The notes: generated from the letters alone by a model not told the origin. 64,000 nt of DNA from an uncultured Thermoplasmata archaeon (GCA_963787465.1 CAWBDD010000018.1:29612-93611), one strand, 5' to 3'; counted from the stretch's first letter, positions 1-10,547 are shown. Numbers and translations are program-made.

Positions 1-85
1 TTGAACCTTTCTGAATAGGCATCGCAGGTCAGGGACCGACGGCAAGAAACATGGCCGCCTGACCGCTGCGCAGAGGTTTGAGGGC

Positions 86-283
86 TCACTTCTTCTTGAA
101 CTCGGTGTAGCCGCACTTGCCGCAGGACGTCCTGTCGGCGTGCTGGGCCATGAAGACCCCTGCACCGCACTTCGGGCAATGGGCCTTGACCCTGGTGAGC
201 TTCCCGCCTTCGAGCTTGTAGGCATCCTTCTTGGCCTTCCTCGGCGTCTTCGCCTTCGGCACCTTCTTCTTCTCTTCAGCCAT
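86..283 (-). CDS. rps27ae: 30S ribosomal protein S27ae
   Basis: [27 protein letters not shown] zinc ribbon; follows rps24e as in the conserved archaeal cluster. Confidence 0.97.
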   Translation of the reverse strand: MAEEKKKVPKAKTPRKAKKDAYKLEGGKLTRVKAHCPKCGAGVFMAQHADRTSCGKCGYTEFKKK

Positions 284-294
284 GTCCGCTCACC

Positions 295-639
295 TCACTT
301 CCTGGCGCCTTCCGCCTTCTTCGCGGGGGCGGCGGCTGCCTTCTTCTTGACCTTCTTCTCCTTGAGCTTGTTCCTGACCAGGACGTACGCGCGCTCGTAC
401 TTCATGACGGCTTCCTTGGTCTTGTAGACCTTGGCGTAGCCCATCGTCTCGGTCTTGCCGAACTCGGAGTCCATGGAGTCGACGACGACTCTCTCGGCAG
501 GGGCCTTCAGGAGCGCCGCGAGCTTCTGCCTCACGTCCTCCCTCTTAGGGGTCCCCTCCTTCGTGTGGACTGCCTTGAACCTGACCTCGACCCTGTCGAG
601 CACCTCGTTCTCCTTCTTCGTGACTACCTCAATTTCCAT
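295..639 (-). CDS. rps24e: 30S ribosomal protein S24e
   Basis: MEIEVVTKKENEVLDRVEVRF...TPKR...FGKTETMGYAKVY motif. Confidence 0.97.
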   Translation of the reverse strand: MEIEVVTKKENEVLDRVEVRFKAVHTKEGTPKREDVRQKLAALLKAPAERVVVDSMDSEFGKTETMGYAKVYKTKEAVMKYERAYVLVRNKLKEKKVKKKAAAAPAKKAEGARK

Positions 640-643
640 CGTC

Positions 644-1192
644 TCACCTTGTCATGCGTCTGATCACTGCCGCGGCGAATGCCCTCGATTCCGGGCCAAC
701 GCGTACCAGGACCATCCCCTCGTTGGGGATGCCGTACAGCACGCCCGTGCCCTCGGGGCCGGTCGCGATCACGACCAGCGCGGCCAGGTCCTCCTCTCCG
801 GAGACCTCTATCTTGACCCTGTCTCTCGCGTTCACCGCGTCCCGGACCTCTCGCCACATGGCGCGGGTTATCCTCCCGGGCGGGTTCTCGACCTTCACGA
901 GACGCCCGGACATCTTCGCGATGCGCTCCTTCGCCCCGACGTCCTCGGACCGTTTCGTCCTGTAGTCGAACACGGCGACGTCGGGCTCCATGTTCATCTG
1001 AAGGAGCGTGACTGTGACGACGTCCCCGACGGACACGACCCTCGGGGCGTCCTTAAGGCGTTTCTTCAAGGACCATGCCTGGACGAACTCGCCCATCGGC
1101 TTGGCGAGAGCGTCCCTCAGGTCCTCAGGGAGTTCCAGATCCCTCTCCGGGAACGACTCAGCGTACCCTGAGGGCGTACTTCCCGTTGACAT
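644..1192 (-). CDS. GTP-dependent dephospho-CoA kinase (DUF359 family)
   Basis: VSVGDVVT, VENPPGRIT, GEEDLAAL and YGIPNEG motifs; conserved position between spt4 and rps24e. Confidence 0.9.
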   Translation of the reverse strand: MSTGSTPSGYAESFPERDLELPEDLRDALAKPMGEFVQAWSLKKRLKDAPRVVSVGDVVTVTLLQMNMEPDVAVFDYRTKRSEDVGAKERIAKMSGRLVKVENPPGRITRAMWREVRDAVNARDRVKIEVSGEEDLAALVVIATGPEGTGVLYGIPNEGMVLVRVGPESRAFAAAVIRRMTR

Positions 1193-1343
1193 GTATGCCC
1201 ATCTTCCTGGCCATCTCGGACTTCGTGTGGTCTATGACCACGAGATAGCCCTGCCAGTCCTTTGAGGTGTCTGCGCCGCACTGAGGGCACTTGTCATCCT
1301 CGGTGACGAAGCAGCACTTCTTGCAGGCCCTTTCGATCTTCAT
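1158..1343 (-). CDS. spt4: Transcription elongation factor Spt4 (RpoE'')
   Basis: RACKKC...CPQCG...WQGYLVVID...GKYALRVR; ATG at 1343 overlaps the rpoE stop. Confidence 0.95.
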   Translation of the reverse strand: MKIERACKKCCFVTEDDKCPQCGADTSKDWQGYLVVIDHTKSEMARKMGIHVNGKYALRVR

Positions 1344-1903
1344 GCTTTGCCCTCCCGCTTCTTGCGGTCCTCCTCGATCCACTCGAGCTTGCCGAGGCCA
1401 GGCTGCCGCATCGTGAGCCCGATCTTGCTCTCCCTCGGGCTCCTCTCGTTGATGCTGAGAGAGACTATCCTCGTCCTCACGGCGTCGCCGACGCGCAGCT
1501 CGCGCTTCGTGTCCTTGCCGAGGAGCCTCCTGCCATCCACATCGACATCAATCCTGTCGTCCATGATCTGGCTGATGTGGAGCAGCCCGTCCAGCGGCCC
1601 GAACCTGACGAAGGCGCCGAACTTCAGCACCTCGCAGATGTGCCCCTCCACGACCTCGTGGACCATCGGTCTGAACATAAGGGCGTCGAACTTGACCTTC
1701 TGGTACACCGCGCCGTCGCCGTGGATGATCCTACCCTCGCCCAGGTGCTCGATGTTCCTTACGAGCACGGTGTAGCTGCCGTCCGCCTCCACCTTGTTCT
1801 GGAAGGACTCCTGGGTCAGCCTCTCCGACAGCTTGGTGAAGTCCTCTCCCAGCAGCTGTGGTGGGATTCTGACGACATCCTCCTTGGATGCTATGACGTA
1901 CAT
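1340..1903 (-). CDS. rpoE: DNA-directed RNA polymerase subunit E' (Rpo7)
   Basis: VVRIPP, GDGAVY, S1 domain FGAFVRFGPLDGLLHISQI, KIGLTMRQPGLGKLEW. Confidence 0.97.
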   Translation of the reverse strand: MYVIASKEDVVRIPPQLLGEDFTKLSERLTQESFQNKVEADGSYTVLVRNIEHLGEGRIIHGDGAVYQKVKFDALMFRPMVHEVVEGHICEVLKFGAFVRFGPLDGLLHISQIMDDRIDVDVDGRRLLGKDTKRELRVGDAVRTRIVSLSINERSPRESKIGLTMRQPGLGKLEWIEEDRKKREGKA

Positions 1904-1986
1904 CTAGACAATCCTCTGAATGATGGCTCGCGGTCTTCTCGATTACGCTAGTGGTATAAATGGTTTGCCGATGGGGGGCGGCCCCA

Positions 1987-4182
1987 TCAGGTAAGGATGA
2001 ACAGTCCCACGAACACGAGCGTCACTGTCGAGAGCAGCTTGACGAGCACGTGTATCGAAGGTCCTGCCGTGTCCTTGAGCGGGTCGCCGACGGTGTCTCC
2101 GACGACCGCGGCCGCGTGCGCCGGGGTCTTCTTGCCGCCGAAGTGGCCGGTCTCTATGTACTTCTTGCCGTTGTCCCAGGCCCCTCCACCGTTGTTGAAC
2201 ATGTTCGCGACCATTATGCCGGTTATCGTGCCGACCATCAGCATCGCACCGACAGCCTGCGGGGCGTCGTAGCCCAGGTGCGCCATGGCCACTCCGAACA
2301 GGACTGGAACGAGCACAGGCAGGAGCGCCGGGACGACCATCGCCTTGAGGGCGCCCTTGGTCGCTATGTCCACGCACCTCGCGTAGTCAGGCTTCGAGGT
2401 GCGGTCCATGATGCCAGGGTTCTCCTTGAACTGGCGTCTGACCTCGTTTATCATCTGGTGGGCCGTCTTGCCGACCGCCCTTATCGCGAGCGAGGCGAAC
2501 AGGAACACGAGCATCGCTCCGAGGAGCCCACCGACGAACACGTCGGGCTGGGCTAGGTCGACATGGAACGCCTGCGAGAGGTCTCCGTCGAACTTCTTGA
2601 TCGCGACCCTCTCGAAGTACGCTCCGAACAGCAGGAACGCGGCTAGCGCGGCACTTGCCATGGCGTAGCCCTTCGTGAGGGCCTTCGTGGTGTTGCCGCA
2701 GGCGTCCAGCTTGTCGGTCCTGACCCTTATCTCTTCAGGCTGCTTCGACATCTCGATGATGCCGCCAGCGTTGTCCGTTATCGGGCCGAATGTGTCGGTC
2801 GCGAGGATGAACGCGCATGTCGCGAGCATGCCCATGGTCGCGACGGCCGTGCCGTAGAACCCGTAGATCAGCTCGTATGTGCTGAATCCCTCCACGGCCG
2901 AAGTGATAGCCGGGTCGTCGGGTGCAGCCATCTGGCCCAACGCGAACGAGCCCAGCAGCGACACGATTATGGCAATTACAGGGAGAGCGGTGCTCTCCAT
3001 CGCGATCGACAGACCGGTGATGATGTTCGTCGCCGGACCGGTCGTGGACGCTTCCGCGATCTCCTTGACGGGCCTCCAGGAGCCGGAGGTGTAGTACTGG
3101 GTGATATACACTATGACTATGCTCAGCGATATGCCAATCAGGCCAGCTCCGAAGAAGTACAGGTAATCGCTCCCGAGCTGGTCCTCGAACATGACCTTCG
3201 TCGCGATGTAGAAGAACCCCGCTGCGAGGGCGCATGTGACATAGTAACCCATGTTGATGCCTGACATCGGGTCCTTGTCCTCCCTCGAGAGCCTGACGGT
3301 CATGATTCCGACCAGGGACGCGAAGATACCGAAGGACCTTGCGACGAGCGGGAAGAATATCCAGGCGAGTGCGGCTGTCTCGTCCCACCTCATGCCCACA
3401 GGCAATATATCTGGAGATGTCCAGAATGTGAACAGGCTCAGACCGAGCACCATAGCACCGATGTTCTCCGCTGCAGTCGACTCGAAGAGATCCGCACCCC
3501 TGCCTGCGCAGTCGCCGACGTTGTCGCCGACGAGGTCAGCTATGACCGCGGGGTTCCTCGGGTCGTCCTCAGGGATGCCCGCCTCGATCTTGCCGACGAG
3601 GTCCGCGCCCACATCGGCGGCCTTCGTGTATATCCCGCCGCCGAGCTGGGCGAAGAGTGCCGCGAAGCTCGCACCGAAGGCGAACCCGATCGCGGCGTCG
3701 AGGGATTCAGAGGTCGTGAAGTCCATCACTGTGTGGAATGTGTAGAAGATGCCGGCGACGCCGAGCAAGCTGAGCGAGACGACGCCCATGCCGGACACCG
3801 CACCGCCCCTGAAGCTCGTCACGAGGGCCTCGTTGAGGCTCCTGCGCGCGGCCGACGCCGTCCTGATGTTGGACCTGACGCTGACGTACATGCCGATGTA
3901 GCCCGACACGGCCGACGCGAGCGCGCCGACGACGAACGCCAGGCCGACCCATACCTTCGGTTCAATCAGCGCCCCTATCAGGACGCTCAGCACCAGGCTG
4001 ATGACTATGATCGTCGTGTACTGTCTCTTCATGTAGGCCATGGCGCCCTGGCGGATAGCATCCCCGATCTCCTGCATCTCAGGTGTCCCGAGGTCCTTCC
4101 TGAAAACATACCAGGTCAGATAGCCAGCGAACGCCAGACCGACCAATCCCGCAATTGGGATAATGAGGGTTATGTCTACCAT
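1987..4182 (-). CDS. hppA: Membrane-bound H+-translocating pyrophosphatase, K+-independent type
   Basis: GGGIYTKAADVGADLVGKIE and DNVGDCAGRGADLFE motifs; GNTTKA (Lys variant) marks the K+-independent subfamily. Confidence 0.96.
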   Translation of the reverse strand: MVDITLIIPIAGLVGLAFAGYLTWYVFRKDLGTPEMQEIGDAIRQGAMAYMKRQYTTIIVISLVLSVLIGALIEPKVWVGLAFVVGALASAVSGYIGMYVSVRSNIRTASAARRSLNEALVTSFRGGAVSGMGVVSLSLLGVAGIFYTFHTVMDFTTSESLDAAIGFAFGASFAALFAQLGGGIYTKAADVGADLVGKIEAGIPEDDPRNPAVIADLVGDNVGDCAGRGADLFESTAAENIGAMVLGLSLFTFWTSPDILPVGMRWDETAALAWIFFPLVARSFGIFASLVGIMTVRLSREDKDPMSGINMGYYVTCALAAGFFYIATKVMFEDQLGSDYLYFFGAGLIGISLSIVIVYITQYYTSGSWRPVKEIAEASTTGPATNIITGLSIAMESTALPVIAIIVSLLGSFALGQMAAPDDPAITSAVEGFSTYELIYGFYGTAVATMGMLATCAFILATDTFGPITDNAGGIIEMSKQPEEIRVRTDKLDACGNTTKALTKGYAMASAALAAFLLFGAYFERVAIKKFDGDLSQAFHVDLAQPDVFVGGLLGAMLVFLFASLAIRAVGKTAHQMINEVRRQFKENPGIMDRTSKPDYARCVDIATKGALKAMVVPALLPVLVPVLFGVAMAHLGYDAPQAVGAMLMVGTITGIMVANMFNNGGGAWDNGKKYIETGHFGGKKTPAHAAAVVGDTVGDPLKDTAGPSIHVLVKLLSTVTLVFVGLFILT

Positions 4183-4405
4183 CCTTGCTCTCTCCCGTTC
4201 CCGGTTGCCCGCGGGATTAGGGTGCCATTATTTAGGCTTAACCGAGCGCGTTCCCAGATTGTGCGCATGTGCGCACGTTCGAGCGCGCGCAGTCCGTAGC
4301 GCGACTTCGAGAATCGTAAAACATCGGGTCTGAACAGCGCATCCTCTTTCAGGAAAGCATCAAAAACAACGATATGGAAGGGGTTTGTCGACTGTTCCGA
4401 CGGGA

Positions 4406-4627
4406 CTACCTCTCAATGAGCGTCTCGACGTACCTGACGAAGCCGATCTTCTGAATCTTGTCAGCGATCTGGCTGACCTTGGACAGGTCAGACACCTCGA
4501 CGAACGCGATGTAATCGTAGTGCCCGAACACCAGGAACCCATCAGTGACCCCAGGTATCTTGGTGAGCTTGTTCGAGTCCTCGAATGTCTTCGGCTCGAG
4601 CATGACCAGTATGACCGCCTTGACCAT
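4406..4627 (-). CDS. Stand-alone Lrp/AsnC ligand-binding (RAM) domain protein
   Basis: MVKAVILV...IPGVTDGFLVFGHYDYIAFVE...VETLI; 73 aa, no HTH. Confidence 0.8.
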   Translation of the reverse strand: MVKAVILVMLEPKTFEDSNKLTKIPGVTDGFLVFGHYDYIAFVEVSDLSKVSQIADKIQKIGFVRYVETLIER

Positions 4628-4632
4628 CTGAA

Positions 4633-4866
4633 TCACTCCTCCGGGAATCCGATGAGGGTCTCGACAATCTCGACCCCTTCCGCCTTGTAGATGTTCATGC
4701 CGATCTTCGCGATCTCCCCGAGGGCTAGCTCCTCGGTCTCGACCGCGATGTCCCACCGGCCGTGGACCGGGAAGGCGTCCTTGACGCCCTCCTGCTTCTT
4801 GGCCAGTTCGACCACCTTCTTCGTCTTGAGCAGCTTGCAGCAAACCAGAAGACATGCTTTGACCAT
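4633..4866 (-). CDS. Stand-alone Lrp/AsnC ligand-binding (RAM) domain protein
   Basis: MVKACLLV...EGVKDAFPVHGRWDIAVE...VETLI; tandem paralog of the neighbouring gene. Confidence 0.8.
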   Translation of the reverse strand: MVKACLLVCCKLLKTKKVVELAKKQEGVKDAFPVHGRWDIAVETEELALGEIAKIGMNIYKAEGVEIVETLIGFPEE

Positions 4867-5175
4867 GCGTATCCCTTCGTTGTTTGGCGGAACGGAATGT
4901 CCATTTAAATACCTTCTCACGGCCAGGTCCGTCCCCGCAGGGACGTGGGACGGCGCGGTGTCCCGTGCGGAAGGCGGCCAGTGCATCCAGCACCCTTAAC
5001 CCTCTGATGGACGCGCTACTGGGTCCTTCGCCTGGCTCGGATGCAACACGAGTCCCATGACCAAACCATTATCATCCCAGAGCATGATTTGCTCCCACTC
5101 ATCTCTCAGGGTGATTAATCATGGGTTCTCAGGAGGAGGGGTTGAACAGGAAGAAGGACTTCCAGAAGAGGTCGG

Positions 5176-5817
5176 ATGACGATATCGATCTCTTCCTCGG
5201 AAGGCGGGAGTCCGCTCGTACAGTCGCCACGGATAAGGACCAGGGCGCGAAGCAGTCTCCGCCAGCAATCCAAGCCCGAACCCCCTGTGAAGAAGGAGAT
5301 CTCGGACGACGAGCATGACGATCAAATCAAGGCCGCGCGGGTCGGACGCGCCCAGGCGGAGGCTTACAGGGACGTCGCAATCCTGAGGAAGAAGGCCCAT
5401 GTCTTCAACCACAAGGCCGCGAAGGCATTCCACAAGTACAAGAAGAACGAGGCTGCGGCCCAGAAATGCTCCGCAAGGGCGGTCGCGTACAGGGAGAAGG
5501 CCGAAACGAGACGGGAGCGCGCCAACGAATATCGTCTCACGGAGAAGGAATTCGAGGCCGAGCTCAGGGGCGCGGCGACGGGAAAGTCCGACCTCAGCCC
5601 TGAGTCGCTGAGAACCAAGATCGCTCATATGGAGAGGAAGGCAGCCAAGCAGGACGAAGTCGCCCACAAGTACGAAGCCAAGGCTGCGAGCCAGACAGAG
5701 AGGGCGGCCAAGTTCAAGACAAGGGCTGCGAAGTTCCTCGAACAGAACAAATTGAACGAGAGCGAGGGCAGGATGTACGCGAAGCGCGCGGACAACCTGG
5801 AACGGGCAGGCCCCTGA
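5176..5817 (+). CDS. Hypothetical Lys/Ala-rich coiled-coil protein (true start may be 5121 with a frameshift)
   Basis: Long ORF with typical codon usage; GGTGAT Shine-Dalgarno precedes ATG 5121, which is in another frame. Confidence 0.6.
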   Translation: MTISISSSEGGSPLVQSPRIRTRARSSLRQQSKPEPPVKKEISDDEHDDQIKAARVGRAQAEAYRDVAILRKKAHVFNHKAAKAFHKYKKNEAAAQKCSARAVAYREKAETRRERANEYRLTEKEFEAELRGAATGKSDLSPESLRTKIAHMERKAAKQDEVAHKYEAKAASQTERAAKFKTRAAKFLEQNKLNESEGRMYAKRADNLERAGP

Positions 5818-5822
5818 AGTCG

Positions 5823-6212
5823 TCAGGTCGGATTCTGCTTCGCGGGGACGGTCCAATGGAGCATCCCCGCCTCCTCTAGGTCGACCTCGTCGGAGCTCTC
5901 CGCGCCGTTTGCCTTTATGGATACCCTCAGACGGCCGTCATGGAGCATGACCTCGGCGCTCTCGACGCTGGACCTGTAGGTGGCGACCGACTTACCGCCT
6001 ATGGAGACCACCTTCGACTCCTCTCGGAGCATGCCCGCACTGCGCAGTAGCCTTATCCGCCTGTAGCATGCTGCCACGGGTATGCCGAGCACCTCGGCCA
6101 GCTCGATCGCGTTCATGGACCGGTCTACTGTCAGTGTGAGGATCCTGGACGCGTGCTCGTCCAGCATCAATTTGAACATATCGAAGGAATCCATATTGTC
6201 CATGGGTTTCAC
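5823..6212 (-). CDS. Winged-helix (ArsR-like) transcriptional regulator
   Basis: DEHASRIL...AIELAEVLGIPVAACYRRIRLLRSAGML HTH. Confidence 0.8.
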   Translation of the reverse strand: MKPMDNMDSFDMFKLMLDEHASRILTLTVDRSMNAIELAEVLGIPVAACYRRIRLLRSAGMLREESKVVSIGGKSVATYRSSVESAEVMLHDGRLRVSIKANGAESSDEVDLEEAGMLHWTVPAKQNPT

Positions 6213-6219
6213 GCTCCAC

Positions 6220-7174
6220 TCATATCCTCTGGAGGCCTTTCCAGTCCTGCTCGAAGCCTCCCTTCCCGATGCCCTCGAGCGCGACCGTCACGTGCTCGAG
6301 GCCGTACTTGCTCGCGAGCCTCTGCAGGTAGTTGAGCTCTCCGCTCTCGACGTCAAGATGTAGAAATACGACGTTATCGCCTTTGACGACGGGCAGGACC
6401 TTCTTTGAGGGGTCCTTCGGATCGATCGGACATGACCTGCCCCTTGCACTTCGTGCACATCCCACCCTGGAGCATGACATGCTCCCCGCAGAGCGGGCAG
6501 TCCATCTCGTCCTCCGCGTCGGATGCGAAGTCGGAGTCGCAGAACAGGCTCACGAGCCCGGTGTCCCCGCTCTCCAGCCTCGTCCCGCAGATCGGGCACT
6601 TGTCCGTATCGAACGCGACGAGCGTGCCACAGTGCGAGCACTCGCAGACGAAGTCCGCCTCGCCCTTGCCGTCGCCCAGATAGCTGATGACGCCGGACTC
6701 GGCGTCGAAGTGCAGCACCGGGGAACCCTCTTTGTTAAGGAACTCCTCCAGGTCGGCAGCCAGCTCCTCCGCCGCTTCGTCGAACGCGTCGAAGTCCTCG
6801 TCGGAGATGTTGCCCAGGTACATGACGTTGCACTTGGGGCACCTGAGCGCCCCCTCCGGGACGAACGCCCCGCAGTCGTAGCAGTTGAACCCCTTCGGCC
6901 TCTTCTCTTGGCGCGGCGCCGCAGGGGCAGATGTGACATTCTCTAGGACAGCGGTGGTGATCTCGATGTCCTTGTCGGACATCTTCTTGGTCTCCAGCGT
7001 GTCAGCCATGTGCTTGACCGACATCGGCTTCGCCTTCACCACCCTGCGCAGCGACTTCTTCTCCTCCCTGACAGTGACCATCTTCGCCGTCTTCTGGTCC
7101 TCCTTCGGCCGGAGGAATCCGAAGAAGCTGCTCTGCTCAGCGTCCTGGTCCTTCTTGGGGGGTTTCTCGGTCAT
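6220..7174 (-). CDS. Multi-zinc-ribbon protein, one apparent frameshift near 6430
   Basis: CYDC/CPKC, CSHC/CPIC and CPLC/CTKC pairs; the C-terminus continues in the 6220..6480 frame (VVFLHLDVESGELNYL). Confidence 0.7.
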
Positions 7175-7446
7175 CTTGCTGCGCCTCTTTCCTCCACTCG
7201 CCCTGATGATGTTATCATGCTCCCGACGACTTATACGGGTATCGACCAGGTAATCAGCGATGATAACGTTTCTACGGAGAACGCCAGTGCGCGTACGTGC
7301 GGCGTGCCCGCCCGCGCGCACTAGACGCAAGACTGCTTCCACGACCACTCTGCGCGCAGAGCCCACAGAAAAGGATATAAAGAGGACCTATTATTGTCCT
7401 GAGCGCGTCCAGACATCTGTGTTCTGAAGGCGTTGGCTGGTGCTGA

Positions 7447-8309
7447 ATGACTGAGCTGATCGGAGACCTCGAGGAGAAGCGTTCGCGTCACAACTCCGAT
7501 GCCGAGAGGCACAAGAGGCTCAGGGACGAGCTCAACGACAAGACCAGGGAGTGGGCCGAGAAGAGGGACGAGCTCAACGCCCAGGTCAGGAAGCTCATAG
7601 ACGAGGCGAACCAGAGACGCGAGATGAGGGACAAGCTCAACTCCGAGGTCAGGACGGCGAAGGCCCAGAGGGACGAGTGGAACAGGAAGTTCAACGACCT
7701 CGCGACAAGGCGATCCAACTCAGGAGGGAGAAGATGCCCAAGAGCGGGCTGTCCATCCGGAAGTTCAAGGCGGAGCTCAGGGCCCTCGAGAAGAAGCACA
7801 TGACATCTGTGATGAGCGCCGAGAAGGAGAAGGCGCTCATGAAGGAGATGTCCCAGCTCGATGCCAAGATCAAGGGCATGGAGCAGGAGATGGAGCAGTT
7901 CTCCGAGGTGAAGGCAGCCGAAAAGGAGGCCAGGGACGCCAAGGACAAGGCCGAGAGCTTCCACAGGCAGGTCTCGGAGCTGGCGGAGAAGGCCCAGGCC
8001 GAGCACGACGGGATGCTCAAGCTCTACGACGAGGCGGACGACGTCAGGAAGCAGGCGGACGGCGCCCAGGAGAAGTTCATAGAGACGAAGCTCGCCGCCG
8101 ACGAGGAGCACAGGGAGCACATAGAGCACATCCGTCAGGTCCACGACTTCGACAAGATCATAAGCGGCATGCAGGACAAGGGGAAGCGCGTCAGGAGGGA
8201 CGACGAGTCAGACAAGAGAGAGGCCGAGCAGATCTTCGAGAAGTTCAGGGCCGGAGAGAAGCTCAGCACCGAGGACATCATGGTCCTCCAGAAGTCGGGG
8301 TACATGTAG
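7447..8309 (+). CDS. Archaeal coiled-coil protein (COG1340-like), frameshift near 7705
   Basis: Heptad RDELN repeats; C-terminal AEQIFEKFRAGEKLSTEDIMVLQKSG motif; two overlapping ORFs join. Confidence 0.8.
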
Positions 8310-8438
8310 CTGCACAGGCAGCACTAGAAGCGCGGGTGCGCGCCAGTATCAAAAGCGACGTTCGCTCGGAGGCATGCTGGCTATGCCCGTCAGAGAGGCG
8401 CGCCCGGCAGAGGATTATAAGAACCTCGCCGCGACAAG

Positions 8439-8446
8439 TATAAATA
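8439..8446 (+). promoter_or_regulatory. TATA box of the candidate sRNA
   Basis: TATAAATA about 23 nt upstream of the hairpin 5' end at 8469. Confidence 0.6.
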
Positions 8447-8468
8447 GTGCCCCACCAATATAGAACCT

Positions 8469-8542
8469 GGGAAATTTTGGGCTAGTTGTTAGAGTGCATC
8501 CCATCCCTTCTGACAAGGCTAGCCCTTCCCTTCCCTTTTTTT
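8469..8542 (+). ncRNA. Candidate small hairpin regulatory RNA
   Basis: Own TATA box; stems GGGCUAG/CUAGCCC, UUGUUAGA/UCUGACAA and GGGAA/UUCCC; 15-nt loop; ends in a T7 tract; no ORF. Confidence 0.65.
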
Positions 8543-8609
8543 GTTCGTTCGGCAGCGAACGCGCAACCTATTTATCGCGCGTACGGGTTAGGCGCGAGAG
8601 TCGAGTCAC

Positions 8610-9952
8610 ATGGTATTGGAGAACCTTGGCCAGTCCCTTCGCGACGCTATCAAGAAGATCGCCAACGCGTCCCACGTGGACCAGAAGCTCGTGAAGGAGG
8701 TAGTGAAAGACGTCCAGCGGGCGCTCCTCCAGGCGGATGTGAACGTCAAACTCGTCCTCAGCATGACCAAGGAGCTCGAGAGCCGCGCTCTCACGGAGAA
8801 GCCGCCGCCGGGCATGAGCTCCAGGGAGCATGTGATAAGGATCGTCTACGAGGAGCTCGTCAAGATCCTCGGGAAACCCAAGGAGATACCCGCGAAGCCC
8901 CAGAGGATCCTCATGGTCGGCCTGTACGGCCAAGGGAAGACCACCACCACCGGCAAGATCGGTAAAGACCTTCAGAAGAGGGGGATGAAGGTCGGCCTCG
9001 TCGCGGCGGACGTGCACAGGCCGGCGGCCTACGACCAACTCACTCAGATAGGGAAGAAGCTCAACATCCCGGTCTTCGGGGACCCGAAGGAGAAGAACGC
9101 GGTCAAGATCGCGAAGCGCGCCCTGAAGGAGTTCGAGGGATTCGACGTCATCATATTCGACACATCCGGGAGGCACGCCCTCGAGGACGACCTCATCCGG
9201 GAGATCAAGGACGTCGCGAAGATCGTCGACGCCGAGCAGAAGATACTCATCCTCGACGCCCAGACGGGGCAGCAGGCCGGCCCCCAGGCAAAGGCGTTCC
9301 ACGACGCCGTCGGCCTGACAGGCGTGGTCATAACCAAGCTCGACGGGACGGCCAAGGGCGGCGGTGCACTCAGCGCCGTGGCCGAGACGGGCGCCCCCAT
9401 ATGCTACATCGGTGTCGGGGAGCACCTCGAGGACATCGAGAGGTTCGACCCCGACCGGTTCATAAGCAGGCTCCTGGGCATGGGAGACATCAAGTCCCTG
9501 CATCGAGGCCGCGAGCGAGGTCATGGACGAGGAGAAGGCCGAGGAGACCGCCCGGAAGATGATGTCCGGGAGGTTCACGCTCAAGGAGATGTACGACCAG
9601 ATGGAGATGCTCCAGGGCATGGGCCCGCTGAAGAAGATAGCCGCCATGATGCCAGGCCTGTCCGACAAGCTGAAGGACCAGGACATGGAGGCGACCCAGG
9701 AACGGCTCAGGAGGTTCAGGGTCATAATGGACTCCATGACCGAGCAGGAGCTCGAGGACCCGAAACTCCTCAAGTCATCCAGGGTCGTCAGGATCGCCAG
9801 GGGCAGCGGGACCGGATCCCAAGGATGTCAGGGAGCTCCTGAAGCAGTACAACATGTCCAAGAGGGCAATGAAGGGGTTCCTGGGGAACAGGAAGATGCG
9901 CAGACAGCTCATGAAGCAGTTCAAGGGCGCCGACCTGAATAAGGAGGGATGA
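8610..9952 (+). CDS. srp54: Signal recognition particle protein Srp54 (two apparent frameshifts, ~9500 and ~9815)
   Basis: GLYGQGKTTT, DTSGR, TKLDGTAKGGGALS; M-domain FTLKEMYDQ...RIARGSG; last frame ends QFKGADLNKEG*. Confidence 0.95.
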
Positions 9953-9956
9953 TGCG

Positions 9957-10544
9957 ATGAGGCGCTTCGTTGTCCTCGGCCACAGGGCGATAACATCGGC
10001 CGACTTCAAGCTCGACGACCTGTGCGGGTCGACTGGAAGGCTGGACATACTCCTCAGGTGCGTCAACTCCGCGTTCTTCCTGTCCCACGGGATCAGGAAG
10101 GATGTCGAGATATCGATGATGCTCCTCGGCGAGCCGAACCCGCCGAAGACCATCAGGATCGACGGGGGTGAGGTCAAGTACCTCAACCCGGACGAGCGGA
10201 GCACAGCGGCGCTCATAAGGAACGCGCTGTTGCAGAAGGGCACTGGCGAGAGGAGGTGCTCCCCAGGGATATACGTCTCGGAGCGCAGCTACAGGGAGGT
10301 CCTGTCCAACATATCCAAGGAATCCAAGATGTTCTACCTCAAGGAGGACGGAGAGGACATCCGCAAGGCCGAGCTCGGACCCGACTGCACCTTCGTCCTC
10401 GGGGACGACCAGGACCTGACCCCTGAGGAGGAGGCGATACTCATGGAGCACGAGCCGAAGAAGGTCTCCCTGGGTCCGATAAGCTACCACGCGGACCACT
10501 GCGTGACGCTGGTCAACAACGAGCTGGACCGCCGGAAGGTCTGA
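9957..10544 (+). CDS. trmY: tRNA (pseudouridine54-N1)-methyltransferase
   Basis: MRRFVVLGHRA...GRLDILLRC...SHGIRKD...PDERS...SLGPISYHADHC (SPOUT). Confidence 0.93.
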   Translation: MRRFVVLGHRAITSADFKLDDLCGSTGRLDILLRCVNSAFFLSHGIRKDVEISMMLLGEPNPPKTIRIDGGEVKYLNPDERSTAALIRNALLQKGTGERRCSPGIYVSERSYREVLSNISKESKMFYLKEDGEDIRKAELGPDCTFVLGDDQDLTPEEEAILMEHEPKKVSLGPISYHADHCVTLVNNELDRRKV

Positions 10545-10547
10545 CCT

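Noticed and set aside
8610..9952. Programmed frameshifting in srp54
   Set aside because: No slippery heptamer at either break, and similar indels occur throughout the window.
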